Source: an uncultured Oscillospiraceae bacterium (GTDB lineage: Bacteria > Bacillota > Clostridia > Oscillospirales > Oscillospiraceae). Taken from it: a stretch of DNA of 64,000 nt. The DNA lies in the NCBI GenBank assembly GCA_944385795.1, contig CALWYP010000038.1:5774-69773 (forward strand). Reading direction: 5' to 3'. Of the stretch, positions 45,827 to 54,946 are shown one piece after another. Position 1 is the stretch's first letter; every line of letters begins with the position of its first letter. A model generated the notes under the pieces. That model made no database searches and was not told the origin of the DNA. It was given only the letters and a program-made list of their open reading frames with translations. The position numbers and the translations under genes were made by a program.

Positions 45827-46171
45827 ATGCACGAGATGAGCCTGGCCATTCAGGCCATTCGCAGCGTGCTCAGCTTCGCCGAGGAGAACGGCATAGGCGA
45901 GATTGACACAGTGGTGCTCGAGATAGGCGAGCTCAGCCTGGTCGTGCCCGAGTATATGGAGGAGGCCTGGAAGGCCGCCTGTATGCGCACGCCCCTCGCG
46001 CGCGCGAAGCTGCAAATTGACATATGCCCCGGCAACGGCGTCTGCCAGGACTGCGGCAAGGTCTACAACATTGTCGCAAACAAGGGCGTCTGCCCCGCCT
46101 GCGGCAGCCGGGACAAGGAGATACTCTCGGGACGGGAGTTCAATATCAAGGAACTGCTCGTCCCGGAGTAA
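45827..46171 (+). CDS. hypA: HypA-type nickel metallochaperone
   Basis: N-terminal MHE Ni-binding motif and a zinc site CQDCG ... CPACG. 114 aa. The start lies 1 nt after the upstream stop (TGAtATG). Confidence 0.85.
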   Translation: MHEMSLAIQAIRSVLSFAEENGIGEIDTVVLEIGELSLVVPEYMEEAWKAACMRTPLARAKLQIDICPGNGVCQDCGKVYNIVANKGVCPACGSRDKEILSGREFNIKELLVPE

Positions 46172-46286
46172 ACGGAAGCGGCGGGCCCGGAAAACCGGGC
46201 CCGCCAAAAAAATTCGGGAATAGGGAAAATAACTCTTGCAATCCATTGAAACATGTGCTAGTATATAAAGGCTCGATACGAGACAT

Positions 46287-46363
46287 GCGCCTTTAGCTCA
46301 GCTGGATAGAGCGTCTGGCTACGGACCAGAAGGTCAGGGGTTCGAATCCCTTAAGGCGTGCCA
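46287..46363 (+). tRNA. tRNA-Arg (anticodon ACG), CCA encoded
   Basis: Cloverleaf read by eye. Acceptor GCGCCTT/AAGGCGT; D-arm TAGCTCAGCTGGATAGAGC; anticodon stem-loop TCTGG-CTACGGA-CCAGA; T-arm AGGGGTTCGAATCCCTT; terminal GCCA. Confidence 0.9.
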
Positions 46364-46394
46364 GCGTCGGAGCAAACTGCGCTTCACTGCGTAG

Positions 46395-46426
46395 ACAGGC
46401 ACAGCCGCAAGGCTGTGCCTGTTTAC
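46395..46426 (+). terminator. Hairpin downstream of tRNA-Arg
   Basis: ACAGGCACAGCC-GCAA-GGCTGTGCCTGT followed by TTTAC. Confidence 0.6.
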
Positions 46427-46455
46427 ATCCGCCCGCTCCCTTGCTCCCCCTTTCA

Positions 46456-46498
46456 AAACCGCAACCGCTTCGCTGGGTTGCGATTTTGTTTTTTTTGC
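46456..46498 (+). terminator. Second hairpin with a long T-run
   Basis: AAAACCGCAACC ... GGTTGCGATTTTGTTTTTTTT. Confidence 0.6.
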
Positions 46499-46504
46499 GC
46501 GCGC

Positions 46505-46532
46505 AAAAAGCCGGACGCTGCTGCGTCCGGCT
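46505..46532 (-). terminator. Terminator of the VanZ-like gene
   Basis: Minus strand AGCCGGACGC-AGCA-GCGTCCGGCT followed by TTTTT. Confidence 0.7.
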
Positions 46533-46545
46533 TGATTTATTTTAC

Positions 46546-47073
46546 CTAGCCCGGCAGGCCCTCGTCGAGCTGGCGCAGCTTGGGCCTGGCCAGCAGGAAG
46601 AGCAGAAAGCCGCCCACGCCCCCGGCGGTGTTCATGATGAGGTCGGTCACGTCGAATATGCGGCGGTTCGAGACCCCGCCCCAGCAGTAGAGCAGCTGCA
46701 CGCCCTCTATGCAGAGGCTGGCGAGGAAGGCGGCGAGGGCGACCCTGACGGGCCCGCGCTTTTTAAGCGCCGGCAGCAGGAAGCCCAGCGGGACGAACAT
46801 CAGGAAATTGAGGATTATGCCGGTCCGCGCGCCCAGATAGCCGCGCTTCAGGTCGCGGAACGGCTCCAGGTTGGCCTCCTCAAGGAAATTGGGGTTGGCG
46901 CCCGGCACGGCGATCTGGAAGGGCATGAGCGTTACGCAGGCCACCATACAGGCGTAGATATAGAGGAGGGTGAACCAGACCAGGTAGCGCGCGCCGCGCT
47001 TTTTGAGGCGCAGGAAGTAGATCGCGGCGTAGAGCGCCGCGAGCAGGGCGAAATCGAAAAATATTTCCAGCAT
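46546..47073 (-). CDS. VanZ-family membrane protein
   Basis: 175 aa with 4-5 TM segments. Blocks NFLMFVPLGFLLP and DVTDLIMNTAGGVGGF are typical of VanZ-like proteins. Confidence 0.7.
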   Translation of the reverse strand: MLEIFFDFALLAALYAAIYFLRLKKRGARYLVWFTLLYIYACMVACVTLMPFQIAVPGANPNFLEEANLEPFRDLKRGYLGARTGIILNFLMFVPLGFLLPALKKRGPVRVALAAFLASLCIEGVQLLYCWGGVSNRRIFDVTDLIMNTAGGVGGFLLFLLARPKLRQLDEGLPG

Positions 47074-47136
47074 TGCTAGTCCTTTCGCGCGGGGATTAAT
47101 ACATTATAGCCTCAGCCGCGCGAAAATCCGGGCGCT

Positions 47137-47784
47137 TCAGGTCGTCACCCGGCGCACGTCGTCCATGCTGCCCAGGACGAGGATGTGCTCGGCCTCGTTG
47201 AACTTATAGGCGGGGTCGACGACGGGGCGCATCTTCTCGTCGTCCGTGCGCGCGGCCACGAGGTTGAGGTTGTAGCGGCTGCGCAGGCCCACCTCGGCCA
47301 CGGAGCGGCCCATCCACTCCTTCGGGGGCTCGATCTCGCATATTGCGCAGCCCTCGGCGAGGGCGATGAAGTCGAAGATATGCTCGCTCGACTCGCGCAC
47401 GGCTATGCGCTCGGCGGCGTCGCGCTCGGGGTAAATTATGTAGTCGGCCCCGCAGCGGCGCAGGAACTTGGCCTCGAGGTCGCGGTCGGCCTTGGAATAG
47501 ACGCGCTTTGCGCCCAGCTCCTTGAGCTGGTCGGTTATCTCAAGGCAGGCCTGGAAGGCCTGGTTGACGCAGACGAAGCAGGCGTCGAAGCTCCCGACGT
47601 CGAAGCTCTTGAGCACCTCGATGTTCGTGCAGTCCGCGACCTTGGCCTCGGTGACGTAGGGCAGCATGTCCTCCACGGCCTCGGAGTTCTGGTCGACTAT
47701 CATTATCTCGCACCTGTTGCGGCACAGCGCCTCGCAGAGGTGATGGCCGAAGGTGCCCATGCCGATGATGAGGAAGGACTTCAT
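47137..47784 (-). CDS. trkA: K+ uptake system NAD-binding regulatory subunit (TrkA/KtrA type)
   Basis: N-terminal Rossmann motif FLIIGMGTFGHHL and a C-terminal TrkA-C-like domain. Adjacent to a TrkH/KtrB gene. Confidence 0.85.
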   Translation of the reverse strand: MKSFLIIGMGTFGHHLCEALCRNRCEIMIVDQNSEAVEDMLPYVTEAKVADCTNIEVLKSFDVGSFDACFVCVNQAFQACLEITDQLKELGAKRVYSKADRDLEAKFLRRCGADYIIYPERDAAERIAVRESSEHIFDFIALAEGCAICEIEPPKEWMGRSVAEVGLRSRYNLNLVAARTDDEKMRPVVDPAYKFNEAEHILVLGSMDDVRRVTT

Positions 47785-47847
47785 ACAGGATTGACCTCCA
47801 GATATATATTATTTTATTCCGTGTTACCGGCGTTCGCGCCGCCGGGC

Positions 47848-49092
47848 TCAGCCTATGGTGACGGCCTCTTCGGGGCACCTCACGGGGGCCTGCGCCCTGC
47901 GCTCGAGCAGGGCCATGGCGAAGGACAGGCTGCCCACGCGGCCCAGGTACATGAGGATTACGATTACGACCGCGGAAAAATCGCACAGGCCGCGCGTTAT
48001 GCCCGTGGTCATGCCCACGGTGCCCATGGCGGAGAAGACCTCGAAGAGCACGTCGGTCATCTCAAAGTCCTGCGCGAGGCAGATGAGCAGCGCGCCTATG
48101 AGCGCGAGGGAGAGGTTCATGAAGACCATGACGCCGGCGCGGCGGGCGTCGTCGTTGGATATGCGCCGGCCGAAAATCTCCGGGTCGCGCTTGCCCACCA
48201 CGCCGGAGGCGAGGCAGACGGCGAGGACGGCTATGGTAGAGGTCTTGACGCCGCCGGCCGTGGAGCCGGAGGAGCCGCCTATGAACATGAGTATTATTGT
48301 GAGCAGCTTGCTGCCGGGGCAGAGCGCCGCCGTGTCCACGCTGTTGTAGCCAGCGGTGCGCGGCGTGACGGAGGAGAAGAGGCTCACGAGGATTTGCTCG
48401 GAGAGCGGCATATCCGCGTTCATGCGGTTGCGCTCGAGGAAGAAGAAGAGCGCCGCGCCGCCGAAGGTGAGTATGGCGCTCGTGACTATCACGAGCTTGG
48501 TCTGGAGCTCCCAGCGGCGGAAATTGAGGCGGTTGCGCTTTATGTCGTCCCAGACGAGGAAGCCTATGCCGCCGATCGTGATAAGCGCCATGATGGTGCC
48601 GCAGACGAGCCAGTCGCCGGAGTAGGCGGTGAGGGAGGCGTAATCGCCGATTATGTCGAAGCCCGCGTTGCAGAAGGCCGTGACCGAGTGGAAGACGCCG
48701 AACCAGAGCCCGTCCCAGAAGCCGCGCTCCGGGATGAAGCGTATGCAGAGCAGCAGCGCGCCAGCGCCCTCGAAGAGCAGGGTGCCCCAGCCTATCGTGC
48801 TGGTTATCTCGGTGATGCGCCCGAAGCCGTTCGAGCTTATGGACGCGGCCATGACCCCGCGCTCGTGTATGCTCATGCGGTGCTTGACCAGCTTGGCGAA
48901 GAGCGTGGCTATGGTCATGAAGCCCAGGCCGCCTATCTGTATCAGGACCAGCACCACGACCTGGCCGAAGAAGGACCAGTGCGTGCCCGTATCCACCATG
49001 ACGAGGCCGGTGACGCAGCTCGCGCTCGTCGCCGTGAAGAGCGAGGGGATGAAGCCCGTGGCGCTCCCGTCAGCCGAGGATATGGGCAGCAT
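47848..49092 (-). CDS. trkH: K+ transporter membrane subunit (TrkH/KtrB family); the true start is probably upstream of the listed ATG
   Basis: Repeated pore-loop-like GxG motifs (TATSASCVTGL, NAGFD, TPRTAGY, MGTVGMTTG). The in-frame upstream sequence (to the stop at 49204..49206) encodes IKRQLTYVQTIALGFFLVILCGTLLL, a typical TrkH N-terminus, but has no ATG/GTG/TTG. Confidence 0.8.
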   Translation of the reverse strand: MLPISSADGSATGFIPSLFTATSASCVTGLVMVDTGTHWSFFGQVVVLVLIQIGGLGFMTIATLFAKLVKHRMSIHERGVMAASISSNGFGRITEITSTIGWGTLLFEGAGALLLCIRFIPERGFWDGLWFGVFHSVTAFCNAGFDIIGDYASLTAYSGDWLVCGTIMALITIGGIGFLVWDDIKRNRLNFRRWELQTKLVIVTSAILTFGGAALFFFLERNRMNADMPLSEQILVSLFSSVTPRTAGYNSVDTAALCPGSKLLTIILMFIGGSSGSTAGGVKTSTIAVLAVCLASGVVGKRDPEIFGRRISNDDARRAGVMVFMNLSLALIGALLICLAQDFEMTDVLFEVFSAMGTVGMTTGITRGLCDFSAVVIVILMYLGRVGSLSFAMALLERRAQAPVRCPEEAVTIG

Positions 49093-49361
49093 CAGGAGCA
49101 GCGTGCCGCAGAGGATGACGAGGAAAAAGCCGAGGGCTATGGTCTGTACATATGTAAGCTGTCGTTTGATAGTACCACCCGGGCCGGGGCGGCCCGAATC
49201 CTTTCATTGTTGCGGCCATTATAGCACATGCCTGGCTTTATTCAAGCGGCATCATGTACTATTTTGACGCTGTTTTTTGAAAAATAGCGCGCATTTCATA
49301 CAATTATCCGTGGAAACGCCAGGCCGCAATGCGGCCCGGCCTGGGCCGGGCCGCGCCGCGT

Positions 49362-49529
49362 TCACCGGAGCGCGTCGGCGATGTTGTCGGCGAGCTCGCC
49401 GGCGGCCTTGAGGGCCTTGCCGATAACGTTGTCGCCCTTTTTCCTCGGGGCCATGAGCATACCCATGGAAGCGCCTATGGCCATGCCCATACCCACGCCT
49501 TTCAGAAAGCTCCTGCTGTCCAGGTTCAT
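49362..49529 (-). CDS. Small YtxH-like membrane-associated protein
   Basis: 55 aa, MNLDSRSFLKGVGMGMAIGASMGMLMAPRKKGD. ATG 49529 follows GGAGG by 8 nt. Confidence 0.5.
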   Translation of the reverse strand: MNLDSRSFLKGVGMGMAIGASMGMLMAPRKKGDNVIGKALKAAGELADNIADALR

Positions 49530-49663
49530 ACGCACACCTCCATAAATGTTTGCACAATAAGTTTGCACCCGGGCGCGGATATTATGATTTGCTTTACGCA
49601 GGTAATATGTGCTATACTATAAAAATCAAAAATAACTTTGCAGTATTGCGAAAGGACAACGCG

Positions 49664-50437
49664 ATGGCATATAAGGTTTTAGCGGTGGGCGACACTGTGG
49701 GCTCGCCGGGGCTCGAGTATATACAGCGCCGCCTGCGGGCCATACGCCGCGAGCTGGGCGTGGACTTCGTGTGCGTCAACGGCGAGAACGCGAACGTCGT
49801 CGGCTGCACGCCGAAGCAGCTCGACGCCATACTCAACGCCGGGGCGGACTGCGTCACGCTGGGCAACCACACCTGGACGCGCTGGGAGCTCCAGCCCTAC
49901 CTGGACGAGGAGCCGCGCGTCATACGCCCGGCGAATTTCGCGCCCCAGTGCCCGGGCCGCGGCGCGGCGGGCTTCGACACGCCCGCCGGGATAGTCACGG
50001 TCATAAACCTCCAGGGCCGCTTTACCCTGGATTCCAACACGGACAACCCCTTCCTCACCGTGGACGCCGTGCTGGAGGAGGCGAAGGGGAAGATAATCCT
50101 CGTGGATTTCCACGCCGAGGCCACCAGCGAGAAGACGGCCATGGGCTATTACCTCGACGGGCGCGTGAGCGCCGTCTGGGGCACGCACACGCATGTGCAG
50201 ACCTCCGACGCGCGCGTCCTGCCTCAGGGCACGGGCTACATCACCGACCTCGGCATGACCGGCCCGGCCGAGAGCTGCATAGGCATAAAGCCGGAGCAGA
50301 GCATAGGCAAGTTCCTGGGCGACGTGCCCCGCCGCTACGAGTGCGCCCCCGGCCCGGCGAAGCTCGAAGGGGCGCTTTTCACCATCGACGAGGCGACGGG
50401 AAGCTGCCTTGAAGCGCGGGCGGTGAGGTACCAATGA
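49664..50437 (+). CDS. ymdB: YmdB-family metallophosphoesterase (2',3'-cyclic-nucleotide phosphodiesterase-like)
   Basis: N-terminal KVLAVGDTVGSPG, GENA, GNHTW, DFHAEATSEK and GTHTHVQT blocks. ATG 49664 has RBS AAAGGA. The track start 49550 lies in an AT-rich leader. Confidence 0.85.
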   Translation: MAYKVLAVGDTVGSPGLEYIQRRLRAIRRELGVDFVCVNGENANVVGCTPKQLDAILNAGADCVTLGNHTWTRWELQPYLDEEPRVIRPANFAPQCPGRGAAGFDTPAGIVTVINLQGRFTLDSNTDNPFLTVDAVLEEAKGKIILVDFHAEATSEKTAMGYYLDGRVSAVWGTHTHVQTSDARVLPQGTGYITDLGMTGPAESCIGIKPEQSIGKFLGDVPRRYECAPGPAKLEGALFTIDEATGSCLEARAVRYQ

Positions 50438-51522
50438 TACGCCTGCTGCACACGGCGGATCTCCACCTCGATTCGCCCTTCGACGCCCTCAGCGAGGAGA
50501 AGGCCGCGCTGCGCCGCCGGGAACAGCGCGAGCTGCTGCGCTCGCTGGCCCGGATATGCGCCGAGCAGCGCGTGGACATCGCCCTGCTCGCCGGCGACCT
50601 CTTCGACTCCGACGCCGCCTGGGCTGAGACGGAGGAGCTGCTGCGCCTCACGCTTTCGGAGATGGCCGTGCCGGTCTTTATCTCCCCGGGAAACCACGAC
50701 TACTACCGCGCCGGCGGCCGCTGGGCGCGTATGGCCCTGCCCGGGAACGTCCACGTCTTCAGCTCGCCGGATTTCGAGGCGGTCACGCTTGACGCGCTGG
50801 GCGCGAGGGTCTGGGGCGCGGCCTTTACCGACAACTACCGCGAGGGCTCGCTGGCCGAGCTGCGCATACCGCGCCAGAGCGAATTTACGGATATAGTCTG
50901 CCTCCACGGCGAGGTGGGCGCGCCCGGCTCGCGCTACAACCCCATGACCGAGCGGGAGATAGCCGCCACGGGCGCGGATTACGTCGCCCTGGGCCATAAC
51001 CACAGCTTTTCCGGGCTCAGGAAGGCCGGGGGCTCGTACTACGCCTGGCCCGGCTGCCCCGAGGGCCGCGGCTTTGACGAGTGCGGCGAAAAGGGCGTCA
51101 TAATTGCCGACGTGGGCCAGGGCGAGGCCAGGATAAAGTTCCTGCCCACGTCCGCGCGCCGCTATGAGCGGCTGGAGGTGCCCGCGGAGGAAGCCGGGAG
51201 CTTCGCGCTGCCCGCCGGCTCGGAGAGAAACATATACGAGCTCACCGTGACGGGGGAGACGGAGCGCGAGCCCGACCTCGCCGCGCTGTACAGGCGCCTG
51301 GAGAGGAGCTGCTTCGCCCTGCGCGTCAAGGACGCCACGCGCATACGCCGCGACGTCTGGGAGCGCGCGGGAGAGGATTCGCTGCGCGGCGAGTTCCTGC
51401 GTATGCTGCGCGCAAAGTATGACTCCGCGCGCACGGGGGACGAACGCGAGCAGATAACCCGCGCCGCCCGCTGGGGCCTCGCGGCGCTCGACGGCAGGGA
51501 GGAGGCGGAGCCGCTTTGGTAA
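50434..51522 (+). CDS. SbcD/YhaO-like DNA repair exonuclease (metallophosphoesterase)
   Basis: LLHTADLHLDSPF, AGDLFD, GNHD and LGHNH motifs. The start overlaps the ymdB stop. Confidence 0.8.
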   Translation: MIRLLHTADLHLDSPFDALSEEKAALRRREQRELLRSLARICAEQRVDIALLAGDLFDSDAAWAETEELLRLTLSEMAVPVFISPGNHDYYRAGGRWARMALPGNVHVFSSPDFEAVTLDALGARVWGAAFTDNYREGSLAELRIPRQSEFTDIVCLHGEVGAPGSRYNPMTEREIAATGADYVALGHNHSFSGLRKAGGSYYAWPGCPEGRGFDECGEKGVIIADVGQGEARIKFLPTSARRYERLEVPAEEAGSFALPAGSERNIYELTVTGETEREPDLAALYRRLERSCFALRVKDATRIRRDVWERAGEDSLRGEFLRMLRAKYDSARTGDEREQITRAARWGLAALDGREEAEPLW

Positions 51523-53399
51523 TACGCAAGCTGACGGCCCGCTTCGGCTGCCTGGAGGGTGACACGCTGGAGCTGCACGAGGGCCTAAACATAATAAACG
51601 CGCCGAACGAGAGCGGCAAGAGCACCTGGTGTGCCTTTATCCGCGCCATGCTCTACGGCATTGACAGCGCCGAGCGCGCCAAAAAGGGCTCGCTGCCCGA
51701 CAAAACCCGCTTCGCGCCCTGGACCGGCTCGCCCATGTCCGGCACAATGGAAATAACCCACGGCGGCAGGGAGATCACCCTGAGCCGGGCCACAAGGGCC
51801 GCCAACGCGCCCATGCGCGCCTTCTCCGCCACCTACACCGGCACCGCGGACCCCGTGCCGGGCATCGACGGCTCCAACGCGGGCGAATACCTCACCGGCG
51901 CGGGCCGCGCCGTCTTCTGCTCCAGCGCCTTCATCGGCCAGGGCGCGGCGGCTGTCGTGGGCTCGGCCGAGCTCGAGCGGCGCATAGCCAGCGTCGTCTC
52001 CTCCGGCGAGGAGGAGGTCTCCGCCGGGGAGGCCGCCGACCGGCTGCGCGCCTGGATGCGGAAGCGGCGCTATAACCGCCGCGGGGCCATACCCGAGCTG
52101 GAGGCCGGAATAGCCTCCGGCGAGGAGACGCTGCGCCGCGTGGCGGGCTCCGTGGCCGAGAGGGAGCGCGTGCGCGCCGAGCTCGAGCGCTGCTCGGAGA
52201 GCGCCCGCGGCCTCTCCGAACGGCTCAAGGCCGCGCAGGAGGACGAGCGCGCCCAGGCGAAGCAGAGCTTTGAGCGCTCCGGCGAGCGCGTGGGCGAGCT
52301 GGAGCGGGAATACTCCAGGGCCGTAAAGGAAGCGGCCGCGCGAGAGGCCGAGGCCAGGGGCGGCGTATTCGACGGCATGGGCGCCGCCGAGGCGGCGCAG
52401 CTTGCCGAGAGCGAGTGCGAGCGCGCCGTGAAGCTCAAAAGCGCCGGCGAGCTCAAGCCCAGACCGCTCTGGCCGGGCGTCTGCGCCGCGCTTGCGGCGC
52501 TCTTCGCCGTGCTCGCCATAGCCGTGAGCCCGTTTGAGCTCATCGGCACGGCCGTGTTTGCGGCCCTCGCCGCCTGGCAGTACGGCAAATACTCCGGCGC
52601 GAAAAAGGCCGCCTCAGCCGCAATGGAAGAGTACAGGAAGCTCCTTTCAGGCTACGGCGCCGCTTCCCCCGATGAACTGCGCGAGCTGGCCGCCGGCTAC
52701 GCCCGGCGCCGCGCCGCCGCGGACGAGGCCGCCGCCGCCCTCGAACGGGCCCGGCGCGAGCTGGAAGCGGCCCGCAGCGCCCGCCGCGCCGACGAGGGCC
52801 GCCTCACCGGCGCACAGGAGAGCGACGGCCTGCGGAAGCTAGAGTGGGAGCTTGCCAGCATGAACGCCCGGCGCGAGAGCCTGGCGGCGCGCGCGGCGGA
52901 GCTCTCGGGCGCGATAAGCGCCATGGGCGACCCGGTCGCCGTCGGGAGCGGCATACGCGAACGCCAGGAGCGCCTGGAGGAGCTCACAAAGCAGTACGAC
53001 GCCATAGAGCTCGCCGCGGACACGCTGGAGCGGGCCGGGGCCGAGCTGCAAAGCCGCTTCTCGCCCGCCCTGGGCCGCCGAGCCGCGGAAATATTCTCCC
53101 GCCTCACGGGCGGGCGCTACGACGGGCTGAACGTCTCGCGCGACTTCTCCGTGCAGGTCCACCGCAGCGGCGACAGCGTGCAGCGCGGCAGCCTCTACCT
53201 GAGCGCCGGCGCGGCCGACCTCATGTATCTCGCCGTCCGCCTGGCCATCGCCGAGCTGGCCCTGCCCGCCGGCGAGCCCTGCCCCATAATCCTCGACGAC
53301 GCCCTGGCCTACCTCGACCCCGCTAGGCGTGAGCGGGTGCTCGAGCTGCTGGAGGAGATAGGCAAGACCCGCCAGGTCATACTCTTCACCTGCGCTTAA
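51516..53399 (+). CDS. SbcC/YhaN-like AAA/SMC-type ATPase
   Basis: N-terminal Walker A NAPNESGKST, a long Ala/Glu/Arg-rich coiled-coil middle, and a C-terminal signature/Walker B region LSAGAADLMYLAVRLA ... IILDDAL. TTG start overlapping the sbcD-like stop. Confidence 0.75.
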   Translation: MVIRKLTARFGCLEGDTLELHEGLNIINAPNESGKSTWCAFIRAMLYGIDSAERAKKGSLPDKTRFAPWTGSPMSGTMEITHGGREITLSRATRAANAPMRAFSATYTGTADPVPGIDGSNAGEYLTGAGRAVFCSSAFIGQGAAAVVGSAELERRIASVVSSGEEEVSAGEAADRLRAWMRKRRYNRRGAIPELEAGIASGEETLRRVAGSVAERERVRAELERCSESARGLSERLKAAQEDERAQAKQSFERSGERVGELEREYSRAVKEAAAREAEARGGVFDGMGAAEAAQLAESECERAVKLKSAGELKPRPLWPGVCAALAALFAVLAIAVSPFELIGTAVFAALAAWQYGKYSGAKKAASAAMEEYRKLLSGYGAASPDELRELAAGYARRRAAADEAAAALERARRELEAARSARRADEGRLTGAQESDGLRKLEWELASMNARRESLAARAAELSGAISAMGDPVAVGSGIRERQERLEELTKQYDAIELAADTLERAGAELQSRFSPALGRRAAEIFSRLTGGRYDGLNVSRDFSVQVHRSGDSVQRGSLYLSAGAADLMYLAVRLAIAELALPAGEPCPIILDDALAYLDPARRERVLELLEEIGKTRQVILFTCA

Positions 53400-53484
53400 A
53401 CGCGCCCATCCGGGCGGGAAACCGCCCGGGCAAAGGCGCTATGTTTATCAATTTAAATCATAATCAACCAAGGAGCGATACGAC

Positions 53485-54192
53485 ATGAGATTTGAAGTTT
53501 CCCCGGACGTATTCGAGCTGCTGCCCGACGCCTGCTTCGGCGTCGTCGCCGTGCGCGGCGTGGACAATTCCAAGGCCTATCCCCAGGTTTCCGGGCTGCT
53601 GCACAGCGCCATAGCCGAGTGCGAGGCCGCGCTCGCCGGGGTGAAGGTCAAGGAGTCCCCGGAGATAATACCCTACCGCGACGCCTTCCGCGCGCTCGGG
53701 ATAAACCCCAACAAGTTCATGTGCTCCATCGAGGCGCTGCTCACCCGCATCGCAAAGGGCAAGGGCTTCCCGGAGATAAGCCCGATAGTCGACCTCGGCA
53801 ACGCCGTCAGCCTGCGCACGCGCCTGCCCATAGGCGCGCACGACATGGGCACGGTGGCGCGCGCCCTCGAGGTGCGCCACGCGCGGCCGGGCGACACCTT
53901 CATCCCCTTCGGCGGCGGCGAGGCCGAGGCGCCGGACGAAAACGAGGTCGTCTACGTCTCCGACGGCCAGGTGCGCACCCGCCGCTGGACCTGGCGCCAG
54001 AGCGAGATAGGCAAGATTACCGAGGCCACAACCGACCTGCTCTTCCCCATAGACGGCTTCAGGAGCATAAACCTCGACCGCGTGCTCGAGGCGAGGAGCG
54101 AGCTGAGCTCCCTCATAGAGGACGTCTTCGGCGCCAGGACCGCCGTGGGCATGGTGGACAGGGGCAGCCCCGTCTTCGAGTGCGAGCTTTAA
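53485..54192 (+). CDS. B3/B4 (PheT-related tRNA-binding) domain protein
   Basis: 235 aa. The N-terminal pattern FEVSPDVFELLPDACFGVVAVRGVDNS and the overall size match stand-alone B3/4-domain proteins as I recall them. Confidence 0.55.
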   Translation: MRFEVSPDVFELLPDACFGVVAVRGVDNSKAYPQVSGLLHSAIAECEAALAGVKVKESPEIIPYRDAFRALGINPNKFMCSIEALLTRIAKGKGFPEISPIVDLGNAVSLRTRLPIGAHDMGTVARALEVRHARPGDTFIPFGGGEAEAPDENEVVYVSDGQVRTRRWTWRQSEIGKITEATTDLLFPIDGFRSINLDRVLEARSELSSLIEDVFGARTAVGMVDRGSPVFECEL

Positions 54193-54210
54193 GCTGAAAG
54201 GAGGCGCGTC

Positions 54211-54819
54211 ATGCGCGTAGTGCTGCTCCCATGCGCACCGTATGAGCTCAACTATATCGAGCGCTGGGCGAACGAGCTGGCAAAAACCGGCTGGAGGCTC
54301 AGGAGCATACCCCTGCTGCTGCCCTTCCTAGCCGTGCTGGAGGAGGCGGAGCCGGCGCGCTACCGCCTCGACTATGAGCGGCGCGACTACCACGGCTACT
54401 ACTGCCGCGTCCCCTTCGTGAGGATGCTCCTAATCGAGGGCGAGCCTACGGGCTACTCGCCGCAGGAGATGCGCTCCATAGGCTATTTCAACGTCGTCTG
54501 CCAGCCCATATTCGAGCCCGTCATCACGCTGATGGTATTCAAGGACATTTTCACCCTGCCTATGCTGAGCCTCGTCAAAAACCCCGCCCTCTTCGGCGAT
54601 TACCCGCTCTTCGGCTTCATGACGGCGCTCATGGCGCTTATCATCCTCACGGGCTTTATAGCGGCGCTGGTTTTCCTGATAGCCTTCACCTGGCGGCGCT
54701 CGCGCCGCGTGGAACTGATATGCTACCGCGTAACGGGCCTCACGAATTTCCTGTGCCTGGCCTGGGCCCTGCTCTCGCTGCTGCTGCTTGCGACCGTCGG
54801 GATGTACTACCCCATATGA
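54211..54819 (+). CDS. DUF2812-like membrane protein
   Basis: N-terminal ERWANELAKTGWRL block followed by C-terminal TM helices. Confidence 0.45.
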   Translation: MRVVLLPCAPYELNYIERWANELAKTGWRLRSIPLLLPFLAVLEEAEPARYRLDYERRDYHGYYCRVPFVRMLLIEGEPTGYSPQEMRSIGYFNVVCQPIFEPVITLMVFKDIFTLPMLSLVKNPALFGDYPLFGFMTALMALIILTGFIAALVFLIAFTWRRSRRVELICYRVTGLTNFLCLAWALLSLLLLATVGMYYPI

Positions 54820-54946
54820 AACCGAATTCCCCCACGCAGCCTCGCGCTGTCCGGGGGAATTCTCATTGCCGGCGTTGATTTGTTCACAAATTGGGGGTAT
54901 AATTTCGCCTTGGCAATCACAAAACGAGCTTGAAAGGGAGATTCCG

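Noticed and set aside
43006-45849. 947-aa minus-strand ORF opposite the Fe-S flavoprotein gene
   Set aside because: It is a shadow ORF with Ala/Gly/Arg/Leu/His-rich sequence and no domains. The plus-strand protein has multiple Cys-cluster and Rossmann motifs.
46287-46540. tRNA-Arg as a possible integration hotspot or island boundary
   Set aside because: There is no integrase, no direct repeat of the tRNA 3' end, and no compositional shift on either side. The two downstream hairpins are explained as terminators.
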